From a virus (taxonomy: Duplodnaviria; Heunggongvirae; Uroviricota; Caudoviricetes), in IMG/VR virus record IMGVR_UViG_3300031994_000063: 14,232 nt of DNA; one strand, given 5' to 3'. The translations under genes were made by a program, and so were the position numbers. The notes below the pieces were generated by a model, which worked only from the letters and a program-made list of their open reading frames with translations, was not told where the DNA came from and did not search any database. Shown here piece after piece: positions 13,122 through 14,232 of the stretch (position 1 is its first letter; every line of letters begins with the position of its first letter).

Positions 13122-13343
13122 ATGGATACAGTCGATTATATAATGATATGTGCTGCAATGATAGGTTCTATTTTTTTGTTTCTATTTATGTGTTTCGGAA
13201 ATATAGAAAACAAAAAAAAAGCGTTTGTTTATTGGCTTATGCTATCATTGTTAAGTATTGTGTTTTTTTGTTTTATAACGTTTTGTAAGTTGCATCCATT
13301 TTGTAATCCAAGTAGTTTTTTTAGTCTAAATTGGTTATTATGA
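13122..13343 (+). CDS. Small two-TM membrane protein (73 aa)
   Basis: Two hydrophobic segments separated by the basic loop NIENKKK. Confidence 0.6.
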   Translation: MDTVDYIMICAAMIGSIFLFLFMCFGNIENKKKAFVYWLMLSLLSIVFFCFITFCKLHPFCNPSSFFSLNWLL

Positions 13344-13666
13344 CTAGTATTTCAGAATTTGTTTCCAAACACCGAAAACAAATAAAAAACGTATCCATTG
13401 AAGAAAAGATTAACAATCTTCCTTGGTATCAAAGACCCATTGAACGTAGTGCATTCACATCTAGAAAAGCAAAAGATGGTAAACACTATGTGAGGCATAA
13501 AGAATGGGCTGAAAAAATCTGGATTGGTCCATACAACACACTAAAAGATGTGGATGAAATCATTGATTCTTATGTCAAAATGTCAGCAGTTACCCCACTT
13601 AATAGAATTACTGCTGGCAAAAAAATCCATTCAGTATACGTAGAAGACATTAACAAATTTTTTTAA
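13340..13666 (+). CDS. Hypothetical protein (108 aa; ATG 13340 overlaps the previous TGA)
   Basis: ATGA coupling; tiled ORF. Confidence 0.8.
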   Translation: MTSISEFVSKHRKQIKNVSIEEKINNLPWYQRPIERSAFTSRKAKDGKHYVRHKEWAEKIWIGPYNTLKDVDEIIDSYVKMSAVTPLNRITAGKKIHSVYVEDINKFF

Positions 13667-13687
13667 AGGTAAAAAAACCTTAAAACT

Positions 13688-13720
13688 TTTGGTTAATTAT
13701 TTTTTTTTTCATATATTTGC
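13688..13720 (+). promoter_or_regulatory. Bacteroidetes-type promoter P8
   Basis: TTTG (13688-13691), 20-nt spacer, TATATTTG (13712-13719). Confidence 0.85.
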
Positions 13721-13726
13721 AAAAAA

Positions 13727-14029
13727 ATGACAATGATTTTATTTTTCGCTGTTATATTGATGGTGTATGCTGTAATATATTCAGTTACTAAAAGCATCAT
13801 CATAGATAAAATAAGAAACTACAAAGATGATTCCATACGGAAATATGGAATTATTGATGAAAGACTATACTGTTATCTGCACGATAATAAAGAAAAATTG
13901 GCTATATATGGCGCTTTGGGTTGGCCTATCTACTATTTGTTTAGTGTTGGGGCTGCTTGTGGTGCTGACATCTTTAATACTTTAACAAGTGATGACTATG
14001 AAAATAGGATTGCTACTTGGCTCGTTTGA
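13727..14029 (+). CDS. Membrane protein (100 aa)
   Basis: N-terminal TM and a second hydrophobic segment LAIYGALGWPIYYLFSVGAACGA. Confidence 0.75.
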   Translation: MTMILFFAVILMVYAVIYSVTKSIIIDKIRNYKDDSIRKYGIIDERLYCYLHDNKEKLAIYGALGWPIYYLFSVGAACGADIFNTLTSDDYENRIATWLV

Positions 14030-14232
14030 CCCAATACATATAGCGCACGTTAATATTGCCTCTTGCGCTATTAACAGCGGACTATGCGATAAGGTGTTAT
14101 TTGTCGTTGCAAAACATAACCCTTGGAAAAAACACGAACCAGCGCCATTTGAATTACGTTGCGAAATGATTACAGCTTCAATAGGAGCATTCGGAGACAA
14201 ATGCGAAGTCTGCGCATTAGAAAAAGACATTG
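13998..14232 (+). CDS. nadD: 5' part (78 codons, 3'-truncated) of a nicotinate/nicotinamide-nucleotide adenylyltransferase (not in ORF track)
   Basis: MKIGLLLGSFDPIHIAHVNIA...DKVLFVVAKHNPWKK...APFELRCEMI. GSFDPxHxxH, NPWK and R-x-x-M match the NadD pattern; HIAH replaces the canonical HxGH. Confidence 0.9.
   Translation, partial: MKIGLLLGSFDPIHIAHVNIASCAINSGLCDKVLFVVAKHNPWKKHEPAPFELRCEMITASIGAFGDKCEVCALEKDI

Noticed and set aside
13661-13690. Hairpin AAGGT/ACCTT upstream of P8 as a fourth fused terminator-promoter
   Set aside because: Only 5 contiguous base pairs, and it lies upstream of the -33 box rather than enclosing it; too weak to count.
429-14230. All minus-strand ORFs in the track (429, 896, 2959, 3920, 4252, 4636, 4938, 5698, 7313, 12454, 13982)
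   Set aside because: Each is an antisense shadow of a better-supported + strand gene, has no motif and no minus-strand promoter. The 13982-14230 ORF is the shadow of nadD.
1-14232. CRISPR array, integrase, transposase, intron or structural and lysis genes
   Set aside because: No regularly spaced repeats, terminal inverted repeats with a transposase, intron cores or virion protein motifs were seen.

Overview
An AT-rich (roughly 30% GC by eye), gene-dense window with every credible gene on the + strand. It reads as an early or accessory region of a large lytic phage of Bacteroidetes. The host assignment is inferred from eight copies of the Bacteroidetes housekeeping promoter (TTTG-N19/20-TAnnTTTG) and from A-rich start contexts without Shine-Dalgarno sites. 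I recognise the C-terminus of a PncB-type nicotinate phosphoribosyltransferase at the left edge and the N-terminus of a NadD-type adenylyltransferase at the right edge (missed by the ORF track). Also present: a NADAR ADP-ribosylhydrolase, a Cys-rich lipoprotein, a LemA-like plus TPM-like membrane pair, an Hsp20-like protein with a basic tail, a tRNA-Cys(GCA), a calcineurin-like metallophosphoesterase and about 20 hypothetical proteins. Three small ORFs fall below the track's length cut-off. The most unusual non-coding signals are (i) a roughly 190-nt multi-helix candidate ncRNA at 6666-6857 with its own promoter, and (ii) promoters whose -33 box sits in the loop of a terminator-like hairpin. 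All family assignments come from motif recognition by eye; no database search was run.
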